DNA from: Paraspadella gotoi
Taxonomy: Eukaryota > Animalia > Chaetognatha
DNA length: 64,000 nt
NCBI GenBank assembly: GCA_051294375.1
Contig: CM119267.1
Location: 19,285,246 to 19,349,245, forward strand
Reading direction: 5' to 3'
Shown in pieces: positions 33,231 to 45,136 of this stretch (positions are counted from its first letter, which is position 1; every line of letters starts with the position of its first letter). Below the pieces are notes generated by a model, which saw only the letters and a program-made list of their open reading frames with translations, searched no databases and was not told the DNA's origin. Position numbers and translations under genes: made by a program.

Positions 33231-33925
33231 ATCCAATGTGTTACGCCGCAGTGATTTCTTTTCACGCGTGATCACATGACGATATGATTAGGAGATTTAT
33301 GTATAACATTTATATTGTATTGTATTGTATTTATGACACGCACTGCATTGGAATTCCGTCTTTTATTCTATATAGTTTTATGATTTCCTCAAGTCACTTG
33401 GCGCGGAATCGTTGCGTGGGCGTGGACCGACGTACTCCATATTTGTGTTGATTATACGTTCGAAAACGTAAACAAAACTAAAATTGTCATTAACAAGGAT
33501 AAAAAAATGTCTAAAAGGTATCAAAAAGAAGAATTTAGAGAAAAATTCGAGACGTGTTTTTTGTGAGAAGAGAAAACATATATTAATCAAAAACAGAGAA
33601 AAAATCAAAAAGGTAAAAATAACAACAACAACAAATACGTATTTACATTGGCTGGAAAAGGTCAGCCATAACAAGGTCATTCTGTTTGGATATGAACGGT
33701 CATTCTTACTGACCACTACGGGTCACAAAGTACAAAGACTTCGTCGTCGTCTTCGTTATTATATTCGTCGTCGTCGTTGTCTTTGTTCGAATCATTTGAG
33801 ATCCCAAAAAATCTAGGTTACTGCTAGCGACGCCTTCAGGAAATCCTAAAAGACAAGATACCGATGCAATGCGTGTCATAAGTAAACTTGAAAAGAAAGT
33901 CACAGCGGCGTAACACATTTGAATT
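33231..33925. mobile_element. Inverted pair of repeat family B (33231-33395 +, 33812-33925 -), MITE/foldback-like; third copy 40851-41030 +
   Basis: aatgtgttacgccgc.gtga.tt...ttatgacacgca.tgcat...gatttcct.aag occurs in both orientations. Confidence 0.65.
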
Positions 33926-34498
33926 ACCGTTCTTGTTACTTTTTTAGCGCTTTGTTATCATGTTTTTAATTTATCTTATCTCTCATATATCTTCATCTTC
34001 GCCTTTCTATTTCCGTTCGTTCAACTTTTTATCTAACTTAATTAATTAAAATGTTTTTTTTTCTTTATCTTAACGAAATATTCAACTTGTTATCTCCGAC
34101 GATTCCTTTCTTTTTTTTCCCTAACATCTCTACCTCTCTCTTCCTCGGGCTGCAGAGAGGAGAGGAGCCTTTAAAACTCTTTAGCAAGTCAAGTCGCCAA
34201 ATTAACGCCTTCCTCTCTCTCTCTTCATCTCGCTCCAGCGTTTCGGTGGCGGGCCCTGCTCGTAAAAAATCCATAACGCGTTCGCGGGCGAGCGCCAAGC
34301 TTGCTCTTCCTCTGTCTCTCCTGTCTCTCTTGGTCTCTCTCTCTGTCTCTCTCTTCTGTCTCTGCTCTCTCTCTTCCCCTCTCTCTCTGTCTTTAACCCC
34401 CTCTCTCTCTTTTCTTTCCTCGGATCTCCTTTGTCTCTGTGTTCTCTCCAACGTGGAACAAACCTGGTAGCCTTCGCAAGCGGGAGCAAGAGAGACAA

Positions 34499-34543
<45 letters not shown>

Positions 34544-34707
34544 GATAGAGATAGTTTGCGGAAAGTAGAAAGCACAGCAAGCTATTTACTACATATCACT
34601 AATGCCAAAGCTATCGCGCAGTCATTTAACATTAAATGATCTTTGCATGATTGGATCATTTCCGCACTTCATCATTTCACACGAGTTGCGCTGTGAGTCA
34701 AGTTTTC

Positions 34708-35075
34708 GTCTCTCTACGCCGCTCCAAGCAATATCAGTTGGTCGAGGAAAGGCTCGGCTAAATCCCGCAACCGACAAGGCATCCACTGACTCTACTCTCA
34801 GTATAAATGAAAAATAAATCGTAGAGAAATCAAAATATAATCCAAGAGAAATCCGTCATAAATCAATCAATAAATGTATCTGATGTAAAATTCCAGTGTA
34901 AAAGCCGTAATATAAAGAGGGAAAATCGTCCAAGAGAGCGAAATCTATCAACTTAACTCGCGATACAAAGTCTTACTGAGGTTGACCGGGGGAGAAGAGG
35001 AGAGAAATATCTCAGTCTCTCTCGTTCCACAAACTATCTGTGGCCACTGGTTCTACTTCCCGCAGTCTCTTTGTT
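34708..35075 (+). mobile_element. Dispersed repeat family C (~400 bp); copies 43108-43530 and 47289-47695
   Basis: Shared tctctacgccgctc.aag.aatatcagttggtc..gaaaggct.cggctaaat start and ccacaaactatctgtggccactggttctactt end. Confidence 0.8.
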
Positions 35076-36007
35076 CTCTGTCCTCCATCCTTTTAGAAAC
35101 GTCTTTCAAATCGCTTTTTTTAGATATATATAATATATATAAATTATATATATACATATATTATATATATGTACATAATATCAAATCTGTCAACAATCAT
35201 GATTTTATCGCTTCCTGTTAATTTTTTTATGGTTTTTTTTATTGTTAAATCTTATATCGCCCTTCCTCACTCCACATCTTATTCTTTTAGGTGAATAATT
35301 AATGTTTTATTATCTCCTCAGCATTTCTTCTTTTCATGTTTTTGGTTATTTTTCACGTCATGCCTTCACTTATCATTCAATGTATTGTTCTTTTTTTTCG
35401 CACACTTCCTTTGTTCCTTTCTCCTTGAAAAACCTTTGTCGAGTTTTTTTTTTTTTACCAGAGGTAAAAACTACACCTGAAGTCACCGACTATTAAGAGA
35501 AACAAAAGAATATAAAGTTTACGACCGTGACGCGAGATGGCGACAGCGTCAATGGGGTAGAGTACGATAATGGCGATGCCGGTAATTTTGGTATTTGTTT
35601 AAAAAGGGTTAGATACGACCCGTGTCTAGTTTGGTCCTAGTTTGGTCCGAATGCCTATGATTATAAAGAATATATTAAGTGCCAAAGATTAGAAGTAAAT
35701 ATGTATATAAAGAACCTTCTCGTTGGAAATTGAAGTTGAAAAAAAAAAGAAAATGAAAGGGAAGCCAATATGCACCCGTCTACACAGCAAGTGTGGCGTG
35801 AAAAGAGCGATTTAGATGAAGATAAAAGTAGGGATCGTTGAATGGATGAGAAGTGAAAGGGAAAAAGTATTCTCGCGGACGAAAAAGCGCGGGAAATTAA
35901 AAAGGCAAAAAGGGGGGGAAGGGGGAAAAAATGAAACAATAGAACGGACGGAACGGGGAAAGGGTTGAGATAGAAGCGATGAAATAAAAGTCGAATAGGG
36001 TTTTAAC

Positions 36008-36072
<65 letters not shown>

Positions 36073-36808
36073 GAATAAAGAAATAATCGGCTTAGAAAAG
36101 CAGAGAGAAGAGAAAAAAAAACTGAGCCGAGAGGAAAAAGAAAGAGAGAAAAGAAGACGACGCCGACGGCAAGGTAAAGGTTTTGAAGGCGCTACGGACT
36201 GCGGCGCCTTCGCCGACCGACGCCGCCGACCGACGACCGGCGCCGGCGCCGCGAAGGTCGGCGTTCAATGGAGCTTCAATGGCGCGACCGAGGTCGAAGC
36301 CGGCGGGACGATTCGGAAGGAGAAGGAAGGAAGGTAGGGAGTTTGAAGGAGAAGCGGGGGTTGTAGGGAACGTAGGGAGATGGTGGGTGGGGCAGGGTGA
36401 GTCCAGGATCTTAAAAGATGTGGATTGAATTGAAAACGGGAAGAAGTGTTTGGCTGAGCGGGGGAAAAGGTCGGGCAAGACGATAAAGCCGGAATGGTAA
36501 AAATCCGTTCCGTAATTATTGACGGAAAAAAATTATAATAAATAAAATAAATAAAAGTTAATATAAAATTATAAAGGTAACATTGTTTAACTTAATAGCG
36601 TAGTTTATTTCATTTATACTAATAAGTATCTTAATGACTTAAAACAGTAATCTCATCGTGGGTTTCCTTTCCCCGCCTCGACGCCGTCGGCCATTTCGCA
36701 TTAGAACTCCACTGACTGCTTCGCATTAACTCCCACGTTGAAGTACACCTCGTCTCTCTATTCCACCGCGAGACAATGATACTATTCATGGCTTATAAGC
36801 TTTGCTTT

Positions 36809-36864
<56 letters not shown>

Positions 36865-37220
36865 GAAAAGACACAGATACTTTTTTTATCACAACTCGCT
36901 ATGTATCCTCCGAGCGAGAGACTGCGCGCTTCATAGCGCGACAGCTTATCCCTTTCTCCCCCCCCCCCGAACTTAGCTCACCGCTCACGCGACAGAGTCA
37001 GGGGGGAAATGAATGAATGTGAAATGATACTATTATAGAAGCGCTTAACGTCTGAAGGCCTCTTCCAAGGACGCAGCCGAGCCACGAGCCTCTCGCCTTT
37101 TCCAAGAGAAGAAAACGAAAAAACGAGGTAAGTTTCCGAGAGGGTGAGTGGGGAATTTGGGTTGAAGGGTGAGTGGGGATTAGGGCGACGACGGGGGACC
37201 GCGTAATTACTGACGATACG

Positions 37221-37352
<132 letters not shown>

Positions 37353-37822
37353 ATTTCGTCATTGACACGCGGGTCATTGAGAAGGGATTCGGCGCGAGAA
37401 GAAGAGAGGGTTTTCCTTCCTTCCCATCTCTTCTTATCTCACCCTCACCTTCCTTCCTCCCATTTTCCTCCTTTCCTCCCTCCGAAGCGAAGGAGGAAGC
37501 GAAGCGAAAATCTCCTCCTGTTGTCGTCATTAAGTCCTGAGGTCGCCTCTCTTCGCTTCGGAGCCCGAGACAAAAGGACACGGGGAAAACTGGAGATGGG
37601 GGTGCATGGTGGGCGGGGGGGGGAAGGTGGGGGAAATTTGGGGTGAGGAAGAATAGGGGAAGGGGGGGTATTGGAGGGGCTTATGGGATGGTGGATAAAA
37701 TTGGGAGTGAGTAGGAAAGGTCGTGAAGGAAACTGGAGATAAATTCGAGTGGGGAATGAAATAGTGCGGAGTACAATATTGTATTTCCCGATCTAACGCT
37801 TAAGGGAGAGATCCTTTTATAC

Positions 37823-38055
37823 AATTGGAACATCCTTTGAAATATTATACCACTTTATTGATAGGGAAGCCAGGTACTCAGGGGGTGAATAAACACTCAG
37901 AGAGAGTTTTGATTGAAAGCTTGTTGAGACCTGCTATTTCATTATCTTGTAAGAGTGACGGAGGCCTTAAACAGCCATAGCCTTTCCAAAGTCAGGGACA
38001 AGATAGCTTATTTATTATATGAATAGATAATTTTATATTTGTTGTACATTTTTCG
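37823..38055 (+). mobile_element. Dispersed repeat family A copy
   Basis: Colinear with 30815-31035. Confidence 0.8.
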
Positions 38056-38774
38056 TGGAAGAAGATGTAAAATAAAGGATAAAACAGGAGAAGGTTAAAA
38101 AATGAAAGAAACGGAAGGTGCTCAAGAAATTTGGGGACAAAAGAGAGGCTTAAGAACACGGGCAAAAGTGAATGAGACGAATTGGGAATGTGTAAGAGAA
38201 CGGAAGAAGAAAGAGGGAAAATCTCAAAGAAAGGAGGAAATGGAGACGTTTAGTCTAAGAGGAAAGGTTACAAGAAAAGTGAGGAAGATGGAACGAGAAT
38301 AAAAAAAGAGTGGGTAACGGAATAGGAAGAGATTAAAAGGAAGGGATAATGAAAACGAACCACAACCACAAAAGAAAACTGCAAAGGAAAGATTTGGAGA
38401 AGAGAAATGTAAAGAGAGAAGTGAGTGAGGTAATATTTGAGTCGGGGACAATGGAAACATTTTTTTTTTTAAATTGACGAGAACAAAATGATGTACGATG
38501 AATAAAGGAAAGGAGACGGAGTGAGAGGTTAATCGTTTTTAAAAGGAGATTTCCTCGTACCTAATGTTCAAAGCCGAGAAGAAAAGGACAACAGGGTAAA
38601 AAAGTGCCAAAGAATAAAAAAAAAGAAGTGAAGATGTGACCCTTGAAAAGATAAACACAATTGGATGATATAAAATCGCAATTTTCTTAGAAGACTTCAC
38701 ATCACCGTCTTTATGAATTGTAGCCGGGCATTGCTTAGGTTCACCCCACCTATAAACATAACAAATTCAGTTGT

Positions 38775-38990
38775 GACCCCGTGGCTCATTGTGTAAAGCC
38801 ATCAGCTCACGAGCAATAGATACCAGGTTCAATCCCAACCTGGTACATCCCCTGCGGGAATCGCAAGGACAGCCGTAAGCCGCCTTTGAAGCGTGGAAAA
38901 CCTTCAAGCCTTGTTCTGAGCCAATGACCCGTTCTATGGCTGCTCGAGGGGTTAAAGAAGTTGCGGATAGTCGGGAAGTATCGCACAAAC
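38775..38990 (+). mobile_element. tRNA-derived SINE-like element
   Basis: Pol III A-box-like TGGCTCATTGTG (~38782) and B box GGTTCAATCCC (~38826) at tRNA spacing, no full cloverleaf, followed by an unrelated body. 3' end approximate. Confidence 0.6.
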
Positions 38991-40694
38991 GTCCTTTTTT
39001 GTCAATATTTCTTCTTCTTTTCTGAAATGTCGTTCATATTATTGTTCTGGCTATTATCTCCCACAAATATTGTTTTATCGTTTCCAGGAGGGGAGACAAT
39101 TTTGTACCAGGTCAAGGACCACAATTCAGAGAACATTATCACTTTTTCTATTAGAGAATACGGTCTCAATTAGTAATAATAATAATTAACTTAAATTTAC
39201 TTAGATTAACCGAGTGACAGATCAATTTAACTACCCGAGTTCTTCCGCCCCGCTACCTTGACTCACTAATAAACTCCCGAAACAAGTTTCCCTCTAATCG
39301 AGTGGCCGCCAATTTTTTTTACCCCACCGACGCCGCAGTGGCGACTTGAACTGACCCTCCCCCCCCCCGGCCCCGCGCGGTCGACCCCAGATGACCCGAT
39401 GTTGACCTCGACTGACCCGATGTTCACCTCTAATGACCTCGACGGACCGATTGTTGACCTCTGATGGCGACGTCGACCAAACGCGTGACGTGAATTCGCT
39501 TTCGTCGGCGAAACAAAGAAAATTTCGAAACAAACGAATTAATGCGTGATGTGTAATGTTTAATTGTAATTCAAATTGTATACATTACGCAAGTGTGCCG
39601 ATTTTTTCTCGGTTCGACTCACTGTCTCTGAGTTTAGCCTGTCCATTCGTCAACTTCAGTCACTTGACAGATTCATTAACTTCGTAATCAAAACAATCCA
39701 CCTCATATACTGACATTCTCACCATTTTTCATACTTACAAACATTCTTACAATTTTACATACTTTCTTTCTCTCTCTCTCCCTCTCCCTCTCCCTATCTC
39801 TCTCACTCTCTCTCGCTCTCTCTCTCTCACAAACGGGGGCCCCATTTCTCCAAAACCTCGCTAAATCCCGGGAAATGTCTTTGATGAATCGATCCCTCTC
39901 GTAAAATCTTGGCGTGTTCTATGGAACGAGTTGTTGGAGAGCGGCTCGGCATAAATCTCCCGACTCGCGTCGTAAATCTATCGGCGTCAGGATAAATCTT
40001 TCGGTGGGCGAGATTTGGAATTTTGTCGAGACGACGTCGGCGGAATGGAATCGGATTTTTGGCGGGAAATACGTCGATTGGTTATCTTTCATTCGTTACA
40101 TATCCGTTTCGCCAGCTTGGTGGTAATCCCCAAATAGGTGCTTTCACCGTTTTCTGTGAAAACAGTCTTTCGCAGATAGAATTTACATTGCGCAAAAATA
40201 CTGTGTCACTCACAAATCCATTTCTGTCACTAATAGTGATAACAAAAAAACGTAAGAAAATCGAATAAAATTTTAAAACCTCTTTCCTTCAAAAAAAGAA
40301 ACATTCGAGCGTGAAAATGTCGCTGAAAATTTCAAGAGTTTTTTATACATTTTTACTTCGAAGTTTTCACACGAGCGCATACCACTTCACCAACGTTTTC
40401 TCAGCCAACTTTATTTCACGAGAAAGCCGTTTGAATTTTAGAGTTGGAGACGGTCGCCCGTATTGGAAAGGATATGGAGACTAATTCTATTATCTTGTGA
40501 TTTGTTATTGTTCTATATCGACAAATAGAGGAGTTACTGAACTCCGCCTACGAAAGTAGATCCAACGTCTCAAACAAAAGGCAATCCCTGCCTCAAATTC
40601 ATTCTGAAAATTTTCCAGGAAAATTCGAAAAAGAAGAGATAAAAATATCGAATAACCTACGACAAGCGAAATTCAACGCAGAATACAAAAAACC

Positions 40695-40749
<55 letters not shown>

Positions 40750-41049
40750 CCTTAGCAACTTTAAAAAATATTGAGGCGGTTTGAGCTTTATTTTTATGGA
40801 CATCCGTTTTTCAAAGAATATTCACTCCATGAATTAACAAGAACGGTGATTCCAATGTGTTGCGCCGCAGTGACTTTATTGTCATGTGTATGACATGACA
40901 TGATATGAAATGACATGACTAAAAATTTTTTTTAGCCCTTGTATTTATGACATGTACTTCATCGAAATCCGTGTTTTATTCCTTTTAGTTTTAAAATTTC
41001 CTGAAGGCGACGCTAACAGTCACTCAGATTTGTGGTTTTTTCCTGTCTT

Positions 41050-41172
41050 AACAAGTGAGCAACCAACTATAGGCAAATTATAGGCATTTTTAACATAAGT
41101 GGGACAGACCGACCGACCGAAAAGTGACTTATAGAGTTGCTCGGCGAGTTCTCGCGGCGCAATTAAAAAAAA
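41050..41172 (+). mobile_element. Possible Helentron/DINE-like element 3' end
   Basis: (gacc)n microsatellite, then ttatagagttgc...gcaatt short inverted repeat and an A tract. Confidence 0.4.
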
Positions 41173-41776
41173 ATTACCTCATCCATATGTAAAGGTTTTT
41201 CATCTTTGAAACGCTTAATAAATTCAGGCTCACCGTTGACTTACGCTTCGAGCCTTACTGTCTTTTCAAAACTTCGTTCCCTTTCAATAGTTCACCTCCG
41301 CTCCGAGATGATTTGAATAACATAGACTTCATTAAGAGAAGAGACTGAAGAAAAAGAAGGGAGAAATTGGTTTTTTCAATTTCTTTTGAGGTTATATTTT
41401 GATAATGAGCCTTTTTTTTACGACCAGAGTCGTTATTTGCACATTTTTTTCCTATTTCTCTAATTCAGCTTATAAATGAGACACCCAACCAATAATATTC
41501 TCTTTCTCTCTTTCTCTTTCTCTCTCTCTCTCTCTCTCTTCTCCTCTCTCTCCTTCTTCTCCTTCTCTTCTCTCTCTCTCTCTCTCTTCTCTCTTCTCTC
41601 TCGTCTCTCTTCTCTTCTGCCCCCTCTCTCTCTCTCTTCCCTTCTTCCTTCTTTTATTCCCTTTCCTTGCCTTCCCTCTTCCTTTCTCCGTTCCCCATTC
41701 GTACAGATTTCGCGCGAATAAATATGCAATGAGATAGGTTCTTAGTCTCACCACGCGGTCCCGCGAAGTGTCACCC

Positions 41777-41858
<82 letters not shown>

Positions 41859-42540
41859 TTCAGTCTCTCCTTACTCGGATCCGACTTTACTTTATTTCCT
41901 GTCTTCTCTGATTAATCCTCAGCCCTTACCACACATCCTGATTATTATTATTAGTATTATTAGTAAAATATCAAATCAAATCACGGACCGAATTAATTAA
42001 AAATTCGATTGTTAGCTAAAAAACTTTTTTCGTTTCCTCTGTTCAAACGCCGGTCGCAAAAGTCTGCTATATATCTTATTTGGAAGTAATTTTTGAATTG
42101 TTTTCTTTACAAATGTAAACCAAAGTAATTTTTTATTATATGAAAATTTGCAAATTACTTGTTTCACTATTTTTTATTTTTCTATTTTAAAATTTATATA
42201 TATATTTTGTACACTTAATTTAGTTATATAATGTATAATCCTATTCCATTTTTAATTTTAACACGTGCTCCGAACTCGAACCCCAGTTCCGTCTGAAGAT
42301 AAAAAAATTGAGGAATATCTTTTGCAAAGAGCCACATTGAAACTCCGTCGTGGTCGTCGTCATCGTCGTCGTTGTTGTTGACGTTTTCCTTCTCTTTTTT
42401 TTTTTGGTAAAATTTTTAAAAGCGAGAGCGAAGGAAGAGGAGGTCACTGTCCGTCGTGGCAGGGGAGGTCGCGATGGCGTTGTTGCCAGTTGCATAATGC
42501 TCGACATTTGTCACTTAATCAGAGAGAGGAAGAGAGAGAG

Positions 42541-42805
42541 GAGAGAGACAGCAAGGCATGCGAGAAAAGTCATATCGGAGGTCAGATATATGAGCTTGAA
42601 CACTAGCTCTGGACCTCTTGAAGAACAATGCAGTGGGAGACTCTATTCCCGAATTGTGTAAGTAAGTGTATCTTAAAATTGAACTATGTAATATATCACT
42701 CAGAAAGGAGCGAAAGTCTGTAGGTGATTGATCAGTTTTTTTGCGGACTTACCCGCAAACTCGTTTTTCTGTAGAGAGATTTTTTAGATAGAACAACGAT
42801 CCTCT
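42541..42805 (+). repeat. Dispersed repeat family D following a (GA)n tract; second copy 51655-51870
   Basis: Shared gagagacagcaag.catgc, gacctcttgaa, ggagactctattcc, tcagttttttgcg..cgcaaactcgt. Confidence 0.8.
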
Positions 42806-43866
42806 CACCCCTGAAATACCAAACACACAAAAAAAGTTTGAGCAACAAGTCGGATCTGCCTACGATAATTCATTTAATATAATTAATTTAAGCGAATTAA
42901 TTAAATTATATTAATAGATTAATTTTTAATATTTTAATAATTAATTTAAATTATATTCAACTTATCAAATATCAATTTTAAAATATGGTGAGAACAGGGT
43001 TTATTAATATTTTGTTATTATTTATCAAAAAAAAGCACTCCACATTACTTTATTATGTCTCCTTCTCTTCTGTCTCTCTCAATCTCAACTCTGGAAGGAA
43101 AGTTTCCCAGTCTCTTAGGACAAGCCGCACCTATATGATCAGGTGGCCAGGGAATGGCGCGGCTAAAAGGGCAACCAGGACAAGAAATCAAACTGGGACG
43201 CTATGAGAGATTAAATAATCTCATAAGAATATAGAGTAAATGAGGTATAGATTCTAAAGGAAATGGCAATCAATAATCCGACATATAATCCGTAAAATTG
43301 TTAAAGCAGTGTAAAAACGTACGAAAATGGGTTTACAAATCCGGGACCGCGACAACTCTCCAGTCCACAAGCAGCGCGACAATCTAACTTCAAAGCTGGA
43401 ATTCGTTGAGTGCAAAGTTCTGAGGTATGTGACCGGACGGAAGAAGAGGAGAGACGCTAGAGAAGATATTCTCAGTCTCTCTCGCCACAAATACTATCTG
43501 TGGCCACGGTTCTACTTCACCCCCACCTCACTTTTCGAGAGTGAGCAACACAAAAGGCCACACAAGGACCAGTGTCAATTGAAAACACAACGGGGTCTCC
43601 AATCAAACTCCAATAGTTTCCTCCGTTCTAAAATTCAACATCTTAATGACTAGATAAAGGGATGACCAAAAAATAAAAAACACCATGATCTGGTGGAAAA
43701 AACTAACAAAAGCCATTTTCCTATTTCATTCTGCTTCTTTGTTCATGTTATAGACGGGCTATGAATTCCCAAACACAGAATCGGTGGCATTCCTATTTGG
43801 TTCCAGTTTGAAAGTTCCTCCTGACGCACCGAGCGATGTGTGTGTTACTAACACAGATCACAGACA

Positions 43867-45136
43867 TCATGCAGCCGCTGCTGTCTTCGTCTCAGAGTCA
43901 GCGCTCATATCACACCAACTCTCGTCATACTTAAAACACAAGATTAGTAGAGGAAAACAAAGAGCATCTGTTTCTAATATTTGTTTCATTCATATATAAT
44001 CATGATCAAATAAATTAGTAACACAATTAACATAGCATCAAAATAAATTCGAATAGAAATGCATACCAGTGTATTCTTTGCCAATCTGAAACCCGCCACT
44101 CACCGTTGGCTGTTCGTCCGTCTCAGAGAGCCTGTTACGAGCTTGTATACATGCGTTCCATTTCGTGATCATACTCAACAAAAAAAAGCAAAGGGGAAGG
44201 TATAAGACGGCAAAAAATTATCAAACCTTATAAAATTTTTAATCTCCTTTTAATCTCATCTCTAATTCTATTAACTCCTCATTCCCCATAATGACACGAA
44301 AATTAATTACAACTTCTCTCTTCTAGAAGTTAGTCGTCCTACATTTCAATCTCATTCATAAAACTACAGTTTATGGCCTAAAATACATCTTAACCTCTTG
44401 AAGACGTCACCAAGCAAAATTTCAATCCATCCATCCCCTCGAATATCATGCTCCAGGTTACGGTGTTACTCACCATCATACCATAATACTTTTGCAGAGT
44501 GGATTGACCTCTGTGTAAAGTATTCAATTTCCAAACAAAACGATATTTATGATGAAAGTCCAATCAATTTCAATTGCTCAAGGAATAAGGACGTTTCATG
44601 TTTCAATAATTCAAAGGGGTTTCGAAGGGATTCAAAAGTTCATAAGAACCATCAAGGTTTTCAATGCACAGAAGAGTATCAAATAAAGTCTCGAATGCGC
44701 ATGGCATTGAAAGATAAATTGTAAACATGTAAATTTCAAATATCCATGAAGCTTCATTAGTCATCTCACATTCATTATCATCACATTTAAGCGGCATGTC
44801 CAAAAATTGAACCTCCATTTCATACGCCGCTGCCAGACCCAAAAAATTCGATGAACATCGCACGTAGCACCCGGTTCCATTGCTGGCTGCTGAAAGCATT
44901 CATGTTGACAGGTGCCTGCAGAATCTCGGCTTGCGGTTGCGCGTGTCGCCTCCTGAAATATAGGGCCGCTTCACAGGGCGGTGCCGGCGGTCGCCTCCTG
45001 AATTTACTGCGTCAGAAAATTGGAATTTTTGGCTGCGTTGGCGGTCGATCCATAGCCTCCTCTAAAGAGATTGCAGAAAGAATCAGACGCTCAACTCCTG
45101 CTCTTAAGACGAGTGATGAGCCAATATTTGAGTCTT
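43867..45136 (-). CDS. Unknown spliced ORF, 3' exons (44395-45136 with frameshifts/stops, 44104-44173, 43867-43929)
   Basis: Phase-consistent junctions AG|gttaag..gttgag|T and ACG|gtgagt..ttttaag|TAT give WIEILLGDVFKSMITKWNACIQARNRLSETDEQPTYDESWCDMSADSETKTAAAA*. No homology recognised. Confidence 0.4.

Noticed and set aside
38775-38850. Functional tRNA gene
   Set aside because: A/B boxes are present but acceptor and anticodon stems do not close; treated as a SINE head.
44130-44165. KWN(G)M..LV resembling iGluR S1 WNGMVGELV
   Set aside because: Needs several indels, lacks the upstream DGxYG motif, and reads cleanly in another frame as part of a different spliced ORF.
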